DNA of 64,000 nt from Vezdaea acicularis (taxonomy: Eukaryota). The stretch spans positions 1 through 64,000 of the forward strand of contig JAPEUI010000042.1 of the NCBI GenBank assembly GCA_026025075.1. Direction: 5' to 3'. The translations under genes were made by a program, and so were the position numbers. This document shows positions 1-12,734 of this stretch, one piece after another. Position 1 is the first letter of the stretch; the number at the start of each line of letters is the position of its first letter. The notes below the pieces were generated by a model that was given only the letters and a program-made list of their open reading frames with translations, was not told the DNA's origin and ran no database searches.

Positions 1-230
1 GCTCCAAAAAAATTCTTGATAAAATCGTACCAATGTTTTTCTATTAATTATTTTCATCAATATCTAACAAGATTTTAACTATTTTTATCAATTATTTTTA
101 CTTTTAATATTAGATTAATTAATTTAGAAATTAATAATATTAAAATACTAAAATATTCTATTCAATAATTAAAAATATTTTTTTAGCAGTGCAAAAAGCT
201 CAAAATCGGCAATTTGAGCGTGAATAGCAC
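1..230. repeat. Very AT-rich, TpA-rich segment, probably the edge of a RIP-degraded repeat or transposon relic
   Basis: Almost only A/T with abundant TA dinucleotides (e.g. ttttaatattagattaattaatttagaaattaataatattaaaatact), then an abrupt change to normal GC. Confidence 0.55.
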
Positions 231-490
231 TGCGCTTTAAGCGTTTCAAATGCTTGAAGCGCTTAAAGCACTTCAAGCACTCTTGAAAGCGCTCCAGCGA
301 GCCCAGGGCACAGCCAATTGCTTTGGGCTTCAAGCGCTTGAAGCGGCCCTTGCTGCAGCACCCCAGCAAGCCCGGAGCAAAGCCGGCCGCCCCAGGCTTG
401 GAGCGCTTCAAGCGCTTGTGGGAGCGCCCCAGCGAGTCCGGAGCGAAGCCAGCTGCCCGGGGCTTTGAGCGCTTGAAGCGCTTGCTGCTC
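231..490. repeat. Degenerate tandem array: 9-bp AAGCGCTT(G/C) motifs plus three 66-69 bp units
   Basis: Units start near 288, 357 and 423 (agcgc.ccagc.ag.cc.g.gc..agcc...gc...ggctt..agcgctt.aagcg); palindromic AAGCGCTT core recurs. Confidence 0.75.
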
Positions 491-732
491 TCTAGCCGAC
501 GGTGGCAGATGGCTCCGTGGCTTTTCGGATAGGTGGTGGAAGGGCCACCGTCCGGCTTCGGTTGAAGGTGCTCGCTTACCAAAAACCGCATGCTAAGGGT
601 GAATATTTGCGTTGCGCCTCCGAAGGTTTAGACATCTCCACGGTAACACGCGTGAAGTGCTCACCAATTCGCGTCGCTCGTCCAGTATGTCCGTCATGGT
701 CTTCGGACTTGTTGACTCCCAACTCAACGACT

Positions 733-2166
733 ATGGGAGAAGCCCAGGTTGAGATCCTGGTGCATGCGTCTGCACCGAGCAGCGCAAAAGACGACACCAG
801 ATACCGCCTGCAAGCTGTAGGATACCTAGGATTCGAAGCTACAAGAAGCTTTCCAATAGATTCTCAAACAAACACCGCAGAAAACTTTAATGCGGGGTTA
901 GAGTCTCATGGAGATGCCACTACAGCTACCTTAGAAGATACGCCCATGTATGAAGACAAGGTGCATGTTGTTCAAAGGAATTCAGAGTCTTTCAGAGGGT
1001 ACACTTCATTCGGTACAAGCTTCTCGTCGTTCTCGTATATGTCAAAGGGAGAGGAGTCCTACATCCGAAACGACACGGCCGAGATTTCTAAAGAAGGATG
1101 GGCCGAAAGCTTGGAAGGTAGTAGCTTTATCGAGCAGAGTCCAAGCAACCATAAGAGTCTTGTTCCCCAGCCGAAGCCAGCTATATTTAAGAGTCCTTTG
1201 CCCGTCAAAAGTCTCGACAGTCCTGCAAATACGGACTCGTTTGACAGCAAGCTGTTAGTGATCCCAGAAACACCTGTAGGCAAGGGCGATATACTTTATA
1301 GCTCATCGCAGCCACTACATTCTACGGGAAAGATGGCCCGTAAAAGAGCTAGGATCAGCTATAGTGCAGAGCCTCAACAACCCCCTGAAAGCATGCTTAA
1401 GTTCAACCAAAGTCACCTCGCGCCCCCAGCCATCAATTGTAGGGTCGAAGAGATCGGCAAACACAGCGGCTCCATTGCTACCTCTCCAGATACCCCTGTG
1501 CCCAACGATGCAAGTCAGACATACCGTCAAAGTGTCCTCCAAGAGACCGAACTTGTCTCATCGAGGCTCGACAAGAATGACGAGAATAAGGAACGCCACC
1601 GCTTCGGGCTCCCACGAAGGCGGTATACAGCCACAATGATCCTGCCACCGCAGCCAAGCCCTACACACGAAGCGCTCAAGACATTCATAACGCCATACCT
1701 TCTCCAATATGCTGTTGACCCTAATTGGAGGCTCAGTAAATCGTTGCCAGAATATTTTGATAACGACGCTGACAAGATCCACAAACCAGTATGGCAAGAA
1801 CGAGGCCACTGGAGGCTCGAAACTTCCAAGTGGACGTCCGACGAGCGAGACTATTTCTGGCAGCGCCTTGGAAATGCTATTTCAGATGGATCCTGCGGAT
1901 GGGGTGTGAATGCGTCACGGGGCCTTGAAAGCGAACCAGGAGAGATTGTGCTCCATGGCATTGGCGACGGAGGAACCCTTGAGAGGGTGAGCTCAATCGT
2001 TAAGGTACGCTGTTGGGGTGAAATTACTTTGCACATTTTCGCTATTATCAAATCTTTTGCGCCGGCGCAGTGGAGGATAGAGGATGCTTCGTGGTATGAT
2101 ATGCAAGGAAAGTTTGGCGTTGTCACGCCAAATTGGGATTGGCTATTTGACCCATCGCACAACTGA
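733..2166 (+). CDS. Conserved fungal hypothetical protein
   Basis: Long intronless ORF, first ATG at 733 (MGEAQVEILVHASAPS..DDTRYR); S/P-rich middle; Trp-rich C-terminal domain (ERGHW..FW..GWGV..VKVRCWGEI). Confidence 0.75.
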   Translation: MGEAQVEILVHASAPSSAKDDTRYRLQAVGYLGFEATRSFPIDSQTNTAENFNAGLESHGDATTATLEDTPMYEDKVHVVQRNSESFRGYTSFGTSFSSFSYMSKGEESYIRNDTAEISKEGWAESLEGSSFIEQSPSNHKSLVPQPKPAIFKSPLPVKSLDSPANTDSFDSKLLVIPETPVGKGDILYSSSQPLHSTGKMARKRARISYSAEPQQPPESMLKFNQSHLAPPAINCRVEEIGKHSGSIATSPDTPVPNDASQTYRQSVLQETELVSSRLDKNDENKERHRFGLPRRRYTATMILPPQPSPTHEALKTFITPYLLQYAVDPNWRLSKSLPEYFDNDADKIHKPVWQERGHWRLETSKWTSDERDYFWQRLGNAISDGSCGWGVNASRGLESEPGEIVLHGIGDGGTLERVSSIVKVRCWGEITLHIFAIIKSFAPAQWRIEDASWYDMQGKFGVVTPNWDWLFDPSHN

Positions 2167-2419
2167 AAAGGGAGGTGTAATGCATCATAGTAAAGAGAAG
2201 AGCTGAAAATATCGTCCGCCAATACGGCTTGCGTCAGGAGTAGACTAGTCCCTAGAGGGGTTGTATTGGATAGTAGAGTAAGGTATAATTAAGCAGACCA
2301 TGACCGTCTCCAAACTCTAGCGCAGTGAAGAAAAGTTGTTAGCATCTATCACGAAAGCCGCTGAGGACCTATAAACGCGGGCCACCAGCTTGGCACGCGC
2401 TGGATACGCTCGCGGCTAT

Positions 2420-2840
2420 GCCGCAGCGCCGCCGCAACGGCTGCGCAAAGGGATGATAGCCGTAACACAAAGTCCTGTTAATCAGGTAGGAAAGAGCGGA
2501 GGGCACGTAAGAAGGAGATTTTTGTGTTATTTCAGTGTCCGTCAAGATGAGGGCATTATGGATTGCAGGCGTCCCGCAATGGAGCCGCATTGTTAGCTGA
2601 GACTAGGATGGTGATGCAGAAAGTCAGTTCACGTGATATCAAGGGAGGGGCACGTGGGGAGTGTTTTTGTGTTGCGTTCGTGACCGTCAAGATGAGGGAA
2701 TTATGGATCGCAGGTGGATCGCAGGAGTCCCGCAGGGTAGCCGCGTTGCTTGTCGAGAGGATGGTCGTGATGCGGAAAGTCGATTAGTACGTGACTAACT
2801 GGATATTGCACGTGAGAAGTGATTTTTGTGTTGCATGCTC
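2420..2840. repeat. About three degenerate 147-158 bp tandem units with CACGTG boxes, upstream of the complex I gene
   Basis: gcacgt..ga...tttttgtgtt recurs at 2503, 2650 and 2808; ccgtcaagatgaggg.attatggat.gcagg occurs twice. Confidence 0.8.
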
Positions 2841-2990
2841 GGTGAGTCGCACATACAACGCTAACCTCATTAGGTCATATTCTGCATTTCGCGACCGCAT
2901 CCTCCGATCATCTCTTGAGCACGTTCTCCAAAGTTCTTCTCAATTGCCCTTTGACTCCCCGGCTATAGGCAGAGGGCTCTGCTAAACACG

Positions 2991-3374
2991 ATGCCGACCC
3001 CTGAGTCCGCCGCTTTTCTTGCCAAGAAACCTACCGTCCCGCCGACATTTGATGGCGTCGACTACGACGACACGAAGCAGCTCAAAGCGGCGCAGGACGC
3101 AATTATTCGCGAGCAGTGGGTTAAGAGTATGATGGCACGGCTGGTGCGGGAAGAGCTAGGGAAGTGTTATTTCAGGGAAGGGGTTAATCACTTGGAGAAG
3201 TGTGGAAAGCTGAGAGGTGAGTGATTTCTAAGGGGAGGTCTAGTGTAGATAGAAGCTCCGATGATTGGGGTACAGAGCTAATTGGGCTTTGCAGAACGTT
3301 ACTTTGAACTGCTCAAGGATGCTAAGATACGCGGATATCTATTTGAGCAGCAGAATTACATCCCAAAAGAGTAG
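2991..3374 (+). CDS. NDUFB10: NADH:ubiquinone oxidoreductase 12 kDa subunit (NDUFB10/PDSW family)
   Basis: MPTPESAAFLAKKPTVPPTFDGVDYDD..IREQWV..CYFREGVNHLEKC; intron 3217-3294; exon 2 ERYFELLKDAKIRGYLFEQQNYIPKE*. Confidence 0.92.
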
Positions 3375-3682
3375 TGTAGGTCTTGGTCCAACCTTGCAGG
3401 TATAGGTCACTAGTACTAATACTCGACTCGGAAAGAGAAGCCATAGGTTATCGCTAATTTCACGCACCTGTTCAAAAAGAAGGCAGAGGGGGGGACATAC
3501 TCATAAAAGGTTCAGATGGCGTTGCAATTGTACATACATTAAAGGGTTCAGAGCTTCAATCCGATTCAGATCGATCTCATGAACGCCCTGGCCTGAGACT
3601 CAACTCCTTTACAAATACCAGAAGACAACGAATGCTCCTCCCTGTCGCCCCACCAGGGACACCATCAGCAGAGACAAATCTT

Positions 3683-5120
3683 TTAGTAATACCCGTCATT
3701 TCCCGGAAACGTGCCAGGTGGTCCTTTATCGAGTTCTCTAGCCTCGTCCTCGCTGTCACTCTCCCCATCCGCAATACCGTTCGAAGGTATTTCTCCAGGA
3801 GCTTGCATGCGGGACAATTCCTTGTCGTCTAGATTTGGCATTGCATAAGATTGAGCCTTGTGCACGCTCATTCCCGTCGGCAAGTTCGCAAGCAAAGATT
3901 CAATGCCTGGCACCCGTTGCGTATTGACCTGTATATGATGAGTTTAGACCTACTTGCAAGCTAGAAGAACGGCATACCGTGTCATTCAACTTAATCCATT
4001 TTTCTTCCAGAAGATCCAATATCCTTCCCTCCTCCGCCTTTCCAGCATCCCAGCCCCAGTCCCCCTTTTCTGACTTTCTGTCATCGTTCTTCTCCCTCCA
4101 GCCTCTTTTCAGCTTCTCCAACCCCTTGGGATTCTCAGCTCCACCGAGCTCCCTCCTTGCCGCCCTCAGCCAAGCAATAGCCTCCCCGGTCACTCCTCTC
4201 ATCTCCGCATCAATTCCCCAAAACCTAAAAGCACGAGCTCTACATAACCTTCCTAGATCATCGACATATCTACCTACTCCGTCCTCCAGCTTCAATTCAG
4301 CCAAGCTTGCACTTGCACGCCCTGCTAGCTCGCCTGCGTGCCGACATATCCGAGCAGCAATTGCAGCTCTCACGCGTGGAATTTGCTGTCCCATGATCAT
4401 CCAATCACGGTCCTCTTTGCTCCTCTCTCGTGCGACGACAGAAGGATATGGATCATCCTTTAGCACCGCGCAAAGATTTGCCTCTGCCAGTGCCATATTT
4501 GCGAGAGCAGGAGCAGCCCTAAGCTCCGCTATTCGCTCTGACTCTGCACTAAGGCCCCTTTGAAGGTGGCTCTGCGCTTCTATAAACGTCCACACACCCA
4601 CGGCTTGCAATAGAGACTTCGTTGCGTTCTTGACAGCCTGTTCCCGCTCCACTGGAGGAGGTGGACTTGCAGAGTAGAGGACCTGTAGTTGCTGCCTTGC
4701 CAGTAGAACGTATGTCATACCTAGAGTATGCAATACAAATTCAATCTCATATTGTAATCCCCTGCCCTTCACTCTAGCCAGCTCTACGCGCGGGACAGCA
4801 GGCTTGGAGAGCACGGGCCGCCATTCCACCACAATTTCCTGGTTGCAAGTGACTTGGACAGCTTCGCCAGGAACTTCATCGCCGTTGGAGCCTAGAAGAA
4901 GCAAATTCAGATAAGGGAGATATTCTGTTAGAGCATCGAGTATATGCGCGAGCTGAGGCGGCTGGTGCACGGCGGGGAGGCGCTTGTAGGCTTTCAAGGC
5001 TAAGCGAAGGACGGTACGGCGAGAGGAAGCAGTGGAGGGGAGCGATGGATGCGTCGTACTGGTAAGGTAGGAATGGAGATCAAGGGCTGAGGTGGTTGGG
5101 AGATCGAACCGGTAGGGCAT
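3683..5120 (-). CDS. palC: pH-response regulator PalC (BRO1-like domain)
   Basis: MPYRFDLPTTS..HPSLP..R..LR..LK.YKRLP N-terminus, LAEANLCAVLKDDPY, intron 3929-3977, C-terminal GYY. Confidence 0.92.
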
Positions 5121-5439
5121 TTTTACATAGATATGGAGACATGAGAGTATGCCGAGTACAAAGAGTCATGGTGGGAGAGTCGATCGCTAAAAGCTTTGGT
5201 GGGGCCGGAAAGTAGAGCGGGATGCCAAGGTTCAATAGGGGAAGCGTCTTAGAAAGGGTAGTTGGGGTATCTTCGAAAGCAACTTTCTCTAGTCGCTGAT
5301 GTTCAGTCTCTATCTAATGGTATACCCGCTACTCAAGATGCATGAGCGCCAAGCCTAAAGATTAGCCAACAAATATGAAAGCCTGCCGAAAAAGCCATGT
5401 TCTATCTGGCTATCCAGTTGATATCCTTCCTCTACGTGA

Positions 5440-6767
5440 CTAAATCTCCGTCTTTCCAAGCCTTTCCGCCAAAGCGTCAACATCATCGTCTTTTCTTTGA
5501 GCCACATTCTCTTCCTCGGCTTTTTCCGCGTCACGTACTGCGTGCTCGGCCCGTTCTTCCTTTTCTTCTTCCTCTTCCTGTTCTTCAGCTGCTTCATCAT
5601 CTTCATCGTCATCGCTTTCATCCTCAAGATCGCTCAATGAGTCTAGGCCCCATTCCTCCTCGTCCTCATTTTGCCCCGACTTTTCTTTACGTTTCCCCAA
5701 GAGTTCTCGGAGCGCTTCTACAGCGTCGTCTTCCTCCGAAAACTTGTTTCCGTTCAGCTCAATACGTTTTAGTGAGGGTAGTGATGTTGAGGCAGCGGTA
5801 GAGAACTCGGCAAGAGCTGAGGCGTCTATATCGTTGTATTGTAATCTTAAGGTCGCAAGCTTCTCGTTTTCCCCTTTCTTTAGAGCTTGAGCGACTAAAT
5901 TAGCGCCCTTAGCGGAAAGCAAACTATCTCCTACTCCCAACTCTACTATCTGCTTCCAGGTAGGTACAGTCTCAGCCAGTACCCGAGAACCAATTATAGT
6001 AAAGGTATTGTCTTGTAGATCTAGGATTCGGAGCTCAGTGCAGTGTTTGAGCCCTTCCCGAATGAGTAATGCGATCCCTTCTTGACGAATCCCATTCTGA
6101 ACCATCTTGACCTCGCGCAATCCCTTATGCAATGAAAATGCTCTTGCCCAAGCCTCCATGCTGCCACTCTCAAGACGATTACGGCCGCAAATGATTGTCT
6201 CAAGATTTGGCACTCTCAGCCCCTTTGAACGAGCCTCATCTTTTCGGACACTTAGTTCGGACAAAGCGTTGGCGATCATCACTCCAGCATGGGGGCCTAA
6301 GCCATTGTTGTTTAGGATCAAGTGCTGCAAAGGAACATGTTTCGAGAGGAATTCCACGAGAGGCGCTTGAGTATTGAGTCCAAACGCATTGTCATTGAGG
6401 TTTATTGTGTGTAAATTAGGAAGAGCTAGAAAAGCCGTAAGAAGCGAGTTGAGCGCGGGGGGGATTTCAGTAAGAAGCCGGGAAGTGAATATGTCCGCGA
6501 GGTTTGCGATCTTAACAGGCCAAAGTCAGCAATAACCCAGGATTCCGACCAAAAGGCATTAAACCCTTCGCTCACCTGTAGCGTCTTCTTAGTCCCTAAT
6601 ATCTTCGCCAAGCTGCTGCAAGCTTCCACACCTAATGTATTGCCTGCTAGGCGCACTTCCTCTACATTTGCATTATCGCGAAGAGACGTAACGTGTGGCT
6701 CCAAGTCTGCTGCGGTGTCAAGCTTCAGGCCTTTGCCTTCAATAGAGAAAATCTTGCTAGAGGCCAT
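5440..6767 (-). CDS. RNA1: Ran GTPase-activating protein 1 (LRR plus acidic tail)
   Basis: FSIEGKGLKLDT, GNTLGVEAC, LNNNGLGP, ICGRNRLE, LDLQDNTFT, acidic C-terminus; intron 6511-6575. Confidence 0.95.
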
Positions 6768-7576
6768 GACCCCACATCTAAGTGTAATTAAATCACCTTT
6801 ATATGGCGGAGACTCTACGATAAGGTAGTGTTGGCGGACGGGGCACAGCGAGCCATTCCGAGTCTGTTAGAGGCGAGAAGTTGCAAATCAGTTGTTAGGC
6901 GGTCGCTAAAAGAGCTTCAAGGCATCCACCGACGGAATTTTTCAGTATAGACTACCACCGTCATTTTTCTTTTGTAATATCACGGAGCAAGACTACGCCC
7001 ATCGTTACTAATCAGACGAGACAATGCCGACTCAAGTTGTGCCTTCATCAGCGGCTCGTACGTCATTCTCCCCCAATGATTGTGAACTACTTCTAAATAG
7101 ATCGTAGCGAACGTCACCACGGGCAACCTCAGCATGGACCTTAAACCTCCTGGTGAAGCTGCCGCAAAAGTTAAGGTACATAGCATATATGTGTAAAGGG
7201 ATAGTGTAATGGGTCGCTGATGAGTCTTCAATAGCCCTGCTGCGTTTGCAAGGATGAGAAGAGCGCTCGTGACGAGTGTATGCTCTTTTCGAATTCAGAC
7301 AACGCGGAGAAGGAATGCGAGTCCATCGTCTCGAAATACAAGGCCTGTATGGCTGGGTACGGATTCAAGCTACCATGATCGGAATTTTTAAACGATCAAT
7401 GCGATTGCGACTGAACTTAAAGAGGCATTGCATTCCGGAGGCGCAAAATGGGCATAGAAGAGACTGTCTGTATTCCTAAACTGCTATAAAACTGTACCAT
7501 AAAACCTTAAGTTAAACGCCTGCGAATGGGGTATCATGCCTTACATGCAAGCTTAATTCGAAGGAAACATCTCCTC

Positions 7577-9457
7577 TTACGTTATTTTTCTCTTACGATG
7601 CCTTTCCGCCTTCGTTGCCTCAAGGCTTTGCCACATGCACCAAACATAGCAAACCCCAAAGCCTGCCGCTCCTATACCAACGTTGATGATTGTCCATATA
7701 TCTGGTTTGTCTTTCGGAGGCCTAATAAAGTGTTCGCCAACATGCCAAAGCACCATCATCCCGTAAACCCCGCCGTGTAGAGCTTTGGTAGCTAAGTTGA
7801 TGTCACCCTTTGTGGTAGCAGTGTATAAAGAAAAACTCGTGGGTGGTAGCCCGAGTAAATAAGCCCAGAGTAGAGAGAGTACAAAATAAGGGACTCTCAA
7901 TTCGGCTCGTTTTAGAAGAGGAAACATAGTCCATACTCCCAGCATGTTTGCCCATCCAACCCAAGCACGTATAGAAGGTGCAAGTCCCTTTTTGGAAGCG
8001 AGCAGAAGTGTCATTGGCAAGAGAGGAAGTAGTACACTCTTCTCGTGCACTTGAAAGCTGAAGAGAAAGAAGCCCCATGCCGTGGCTGCGAGAGAAGGGA
8101 GAAGCACCTCATGATTTCGGTAGAGCAGCAAAATACCACAAGGGGGAGTTATGGTGACTAGAGTTGCTAATAAAGACAATTGCTGGAGCAACGGTATCGG
8201 GTACTTCTTTAACTTAAAAAGAACATTCAAGGCACACCAAAAATTAGCTACCTTGTCCTCAAAGAGGCCTCTTGCGAACGGAAAAATTCGATGCATAGCT
8301 TGCGTAAGTTGTTGAACGGCTGGATAGTACCATGTTGAAGAATCCGAAACGACTGCCGTCAGTATTGGAGAAGGAGAGTTGCTTGGAATAGCGCTTGCTT
8401 GAGTGCCGTTGAATGGATCGATCCCTCGTCTTGCATCGTAGAATCCGCCAAATATGATCGGCGCGAAAAGGATAGCAAACGAAGCTAGAGTGACCATCGC
8501 GACGCCAAGGAACCGTATTACATCTGTCCGTGGAAAGAGACATGCACCAAGAAGATGCGCAAATATAGCTGGAGCGTAATATAGCGCCATCTGTTTATAG
8601 CTCAAGGCGGCTACGAAGAATACGCAACTCCAGAGGAATCTTGATGCAACCAAACTTGAGATGCTAGCGAGGAAAAGACCCAGCATGACTGCATTGTACT
8701 GAAAGTGAGCATGATCAATGAGCATGAGCGCCGGCTGCATTAGGATTGCGACCAGTGTTATCGAGGCTTCCCATCTTGGAACGCTTTCGATGCGAGTGAA
8801 GCGACGAAGGAAGAGGATAATTGCGGGGATATATGTCAAGTATTCAGAGATGATCACAGTAGCGCGCATGTAAACCTTCAGTACTGGATGCTCGAGCCCT
8901 CGAGAGGCGTAAAGGGCGAACCAGGTTGGATCTATCACCGAACCTCTATAATATGGTCAGCCTGGATTAGGTTTATACTTGGGTTTAGCGCATACATCTT
9001 GCCCATGACCCAGCTATGATAAGCAGTGAGTGGGGGGTAATCTAGACCCCACCATTCTAGATCATGAAAATACCACTGCGAGATTGGTAGATGAGTAGTG
9101 ATCTCCATCCAGTGCCTCTGTGCTTCAAAATCGCCGTGCATGGGGGGTGCTTGATATCCTACGTTGCTTCTTAGCCGATGGTGATGAGAATACAGGGACA
9201 TTGCACCAACCAGAATAACCCCATATTCCAACAGCCCATCTGAAGAGACCCACGACCATAAGCACAAGGGGTAGGATGAGCCATTGCGAATGGACTGTCC
9301 TGGCTGGCCAAAGAAACGCGACTAAGGGAAAGGCAGGTCGGTGAGCATTTGAGGAGCCGTCAATAATTAATTTATGCGCCACCTCAGAGCCTTGACCTTT
9401 CGGAGCTTTCCTTTTACCGGAAGCTCGCGACTTATGCGAAGAGGAAATTGAAGTCAT
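7577..9457 (-). CDS. ALG6: Dolichyl-PP-Man9GlcNAc2 alpha-1,3-glucosyltransferase
   Basis: [71 protein letters not shown]; two introns near 8950-9000 and 9160-9210. Confidence 0.96.
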
Positions 9458-10301
9458 TCTATCTCAATGGAGCCATTTGAGACTTGAAGTTCGCGCAGGA
9501 CAAGTCTCTCGAATTAGACGCGACTTTTTTCTCTCAAACTTACCTAAAGTCTGGGCACGAACTTTTATGGCAGCTAAGCAGCGCTAGTCCTCTTTCGATA
9601 GGCGGTGTACAAATTTTCCTCGGCTCTCCAACCTCTTCGTGAAACCTTCCCTTCAGATCGAATCATCTTATTCGAAAATACTCGGACTCTTCATCTGGAA
9701 TAGCACTTCATTGACATGATTCTGTCTATCTTCCTTTAATCTGTGGGTTACTTCTATGGTTCTGAGGGTTCTGAGAGACGCTGCAAATCAAAACCAGATT
9801 CAAGTGGTTTTCTACCAATCTGTTGGTTCTTGCATTAGTGCATCACAGCAGTTCGAAATTGATACGAGGGCATTGACAGTGGGCATTAGAGCATAGCTCA
9901 AGCTGATAAACCAAGTTCTCTGGTTAATCACTGACCGCACTTCAATTTGTGGGCCAAGGGACTGAACGTGGTTGTTCGATCAAATTGTCCGACATTTCCG
10001 TGGGTTTTCGCCGCACATTGCCGCACAACACACTTCAAACTTGAAGAGAAGAGCCAAGGGCTCTTGCACACATTTGGATCGCGTTACAGAGGGCTTAGAA
10101 GTATCTCATTGAGAATACAGGAATCTGAGGGTAATAGTGCATCAATCCGATCCTACTCTACTCTATCAACTCACAGTATCTACTCGGTACTTGAACATAA
10201 TTACATATACTCCCCTCGCCAAGACTCGTGTCCGGCCAAACTTTCACTGCCGTTTCTCTGACACTATCTTAGGTTCATTACTTGTTAGGCGAGAAATTAC
10301 A

Positions 10302-12021
10302 ATGGCTAAATCGAAGACTGCGAATGGGAAAGTTAAGGTGGAGAAGTCAGCAGATAAGATTTTGTCGACCGTCAAAAATAGCAGTGTAAAGAAGTCTTCT
10401 CAGACGCCAAAGTCCAAGAGCAAAGCCTTGGCCAAGGAGGTTGCTATCAAAGCTGACAAACACCCAAAGAAGATCAAAGAGCCTTCCCCATCGTCGTCTG
10501 ACTCCGAAAGTGAAGCCGCGAGCAGTTCAGAAGAGAGTGCCTCGAGCGATTCAGAGGCCGATGATGTCCCAAAGGATGTGTCAAAGTCAAACGGATCCGC
10601 CAGGGATACGACAGTTGCTGAGTCTTCTGATTCGTCAACCTCTTCTGAGTCAGAAAACGAGTCTTTGGCCCCGAAGTCTGCATCTGCAGCCAAAGCCGTG
10701 GATTCAGATAGCGAGGAAGAAGACGAAAACTCCGAGGACTCTGACGCATCGTCGGACGACTCAAGTGAGAATGAGACTCCCGCAAAGAGCAAGGTCACGA
10801 CTCGGCCCAAGCTAAACGGCACCAAACATAACAGCGTTAAAGTTGAGGTGAGTCTTAGGATTGCGATGACGGCTACTACCTTTGACTGACAATGTTCTAA
10901 TGCAGACTCCTGATGAAGACTCTGAGTCAAATTCCGCGGATGACTCTGAGGACGATGCTGACGATTCTTCGGACGGCTCGGAAGATGATGCCGACGATTC
11001 TTCGGGGGACTCGAGCGAAGAGAGTGAGAAAGAAGTAGCTTCGAAGAAGCGTAAAGCCGAAGAGCCTGTCGCCAATGGAGCCAAGAAGGCAAAGAAGGCT
11101 GATGGCGATACTGAAGATACCGGTGTCTCTAACCTCTTTGTTGGGAACCTCTCATGGAACGTGGATGAAGAATGGCTCACAAGGGAGTTTGAAGAGTTTG
11201 GCGAGATATCTGGGTGTCGTATCATCAGTGACCGTGACTCTGGGCGTTCTAAAGGGTAAGGCTGAAGCAGCATAGAGCTTAGCTCATTAAGACTAACAAA
11301 TCATTAGATTCGGCTACGTAGAATTTGTGAGCTCAGCAGATGCTGCCAAAGCACTCAAGGCAAAGAAGGGGGCACTGATTGATGGCCGTGAAGCCAATGT
11401 CGATTTCTCTACTCCTAGACCTGCTAGTGGTGACCAAGGAAATTATAGAGAGCGAGCTAACTCTCGAGCCAACGCCTACGGGGATGCTCCAAGCCAACCA
11501 AGTGACACATTATTCATTGGAAACCTCTCTTTTGAGGCCACTCAGGATATCATTGCTGAAGAATTTGGCAAATTTGGTTCCATTCAAGGCGTAAGGTTGC
11601 CAACCGAGCAGTAAGTTTTTCTACCCATGTACGTTTGTGCTAGTCTAATTCTCATGATAGGGAGACTGGTGCGCCAAAGGGGTTTGGCTATGTCCAGTTT
11701 GCATCCATTGAAGAAGCCAAGGCTGCTTTGGACGGTATGAAAGGCGTAGCTATCTGCGATCGTCCAGTTCGAGTCGATTTCTCAACCCCTCGTCCAGCTT
11801 ATGGTGATTCTCCTCGGGGAGGTCGTGGCGGCCGAGGAGATCGAGGTGGACGTGGCGGTTTTGGTAGTCGTGGAGGCTTCGGAGACCGTGGCGGCCGTGG
11901 TGGGCGTGGAGGTCGCGGTGGCTTTGGAGACCGTGGACGTGGAAGCAGAGGCGGCCGCGGCGGAACTACCAACCGTGGTGGCTTCGGCGACTTCAAAGGG
12001 AGCAAGAAAACTTTCGACTAA
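10302..12021 (+). CDS. NSR1: Nucleolin-like protein (acidic/Ser N-terminus, two RRMs, RGG tail)
   Basis: LFVGNLSWNVDEEWL, KGFGYVEF, LFIGNLSF, RGG repeats, FKGSKKTFD; introns 10848-10905, 11256-11307, 11611-11660. Confidence 0.95.
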
Positions 12022-12734
12022 TTGTCAGTGGTTCTTGAGCTGCTACACCACTAGCCGTCGCATCTTTGGGTATCTCTTGTCCGTCTTTTCTGACATGCCT
12101 TTTCAAGATTGCCTGGTTGAGGCTTGCAGGTGGTTCCAAGTTCCCTGGCCCAGATACCTCTCATACTCGAAAGTATTCGTTGGGAAAACTAGAGAGTATC
12201 TTGTTTCCAGTACATGTTTCCACCCGGATGTATTACGGATAATGAAGCATTCACTGTCTTTGCTCACGATGTGCATAGCATAACCTAAAAGTTTCTTTAC
12301 TCTTAATGGCATTTTCATTGTCCATTTCCTTGGGTCCTTGGCCAAACTTGTCTTGCTTTATACAATTGCTAGTCCCTAGGGCAATAGCTCGCAAGCTAAC
12401 GTTGTATGGATCAAGTCCGTACTGAAGGTGGTCAGGGTAGCATACAATCTATTGGCCTAGAGCTGTGAGCCTTTTTAGCACGACGAACGTGACTTGCAGT
12501 GACGAATATTCTCCTCAATATATTTGCAGACTATGAAGGGCTGTCTAGCATCTTGACCAATTACTATAACCCAGTACCTGGAAGCAATGCCGAATGATCT
12601 TTCAGAAGTTTCACGGTTTGCGGCATCGCTTAAAACGGACTAGCGTGTCTCGCTCAATATTCTACAGTAAGGTAGCCGAACACCTTTCATTGCCCACCAG
12701 TATCGTCGCTGTCTTCCTCATATCATCCTTCATA

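Noticed and set aside
502..732. Non-ATG N-terminal extension of the first gene (similar extensions called for NSR1, MRPL37, RPB7)
   Set aside because: Conserved-looking sequence begins at the downstream ATG; no evidence for upstream initiation
3979..4563. Long antisense ORFs (also within NSR1, RIM15, the coiled-coil gene and the LPMO-like gene)
   Set aside because: Shadow ORFs produced by codon bias of the real gene on the opposite strand
9700..9940. Possible box C/D snoRNA upstream of NSR1
   Set aside because: CTGA motifs present but no canonical RTGATGA box C, terminal stem or recognisable rRNA guide
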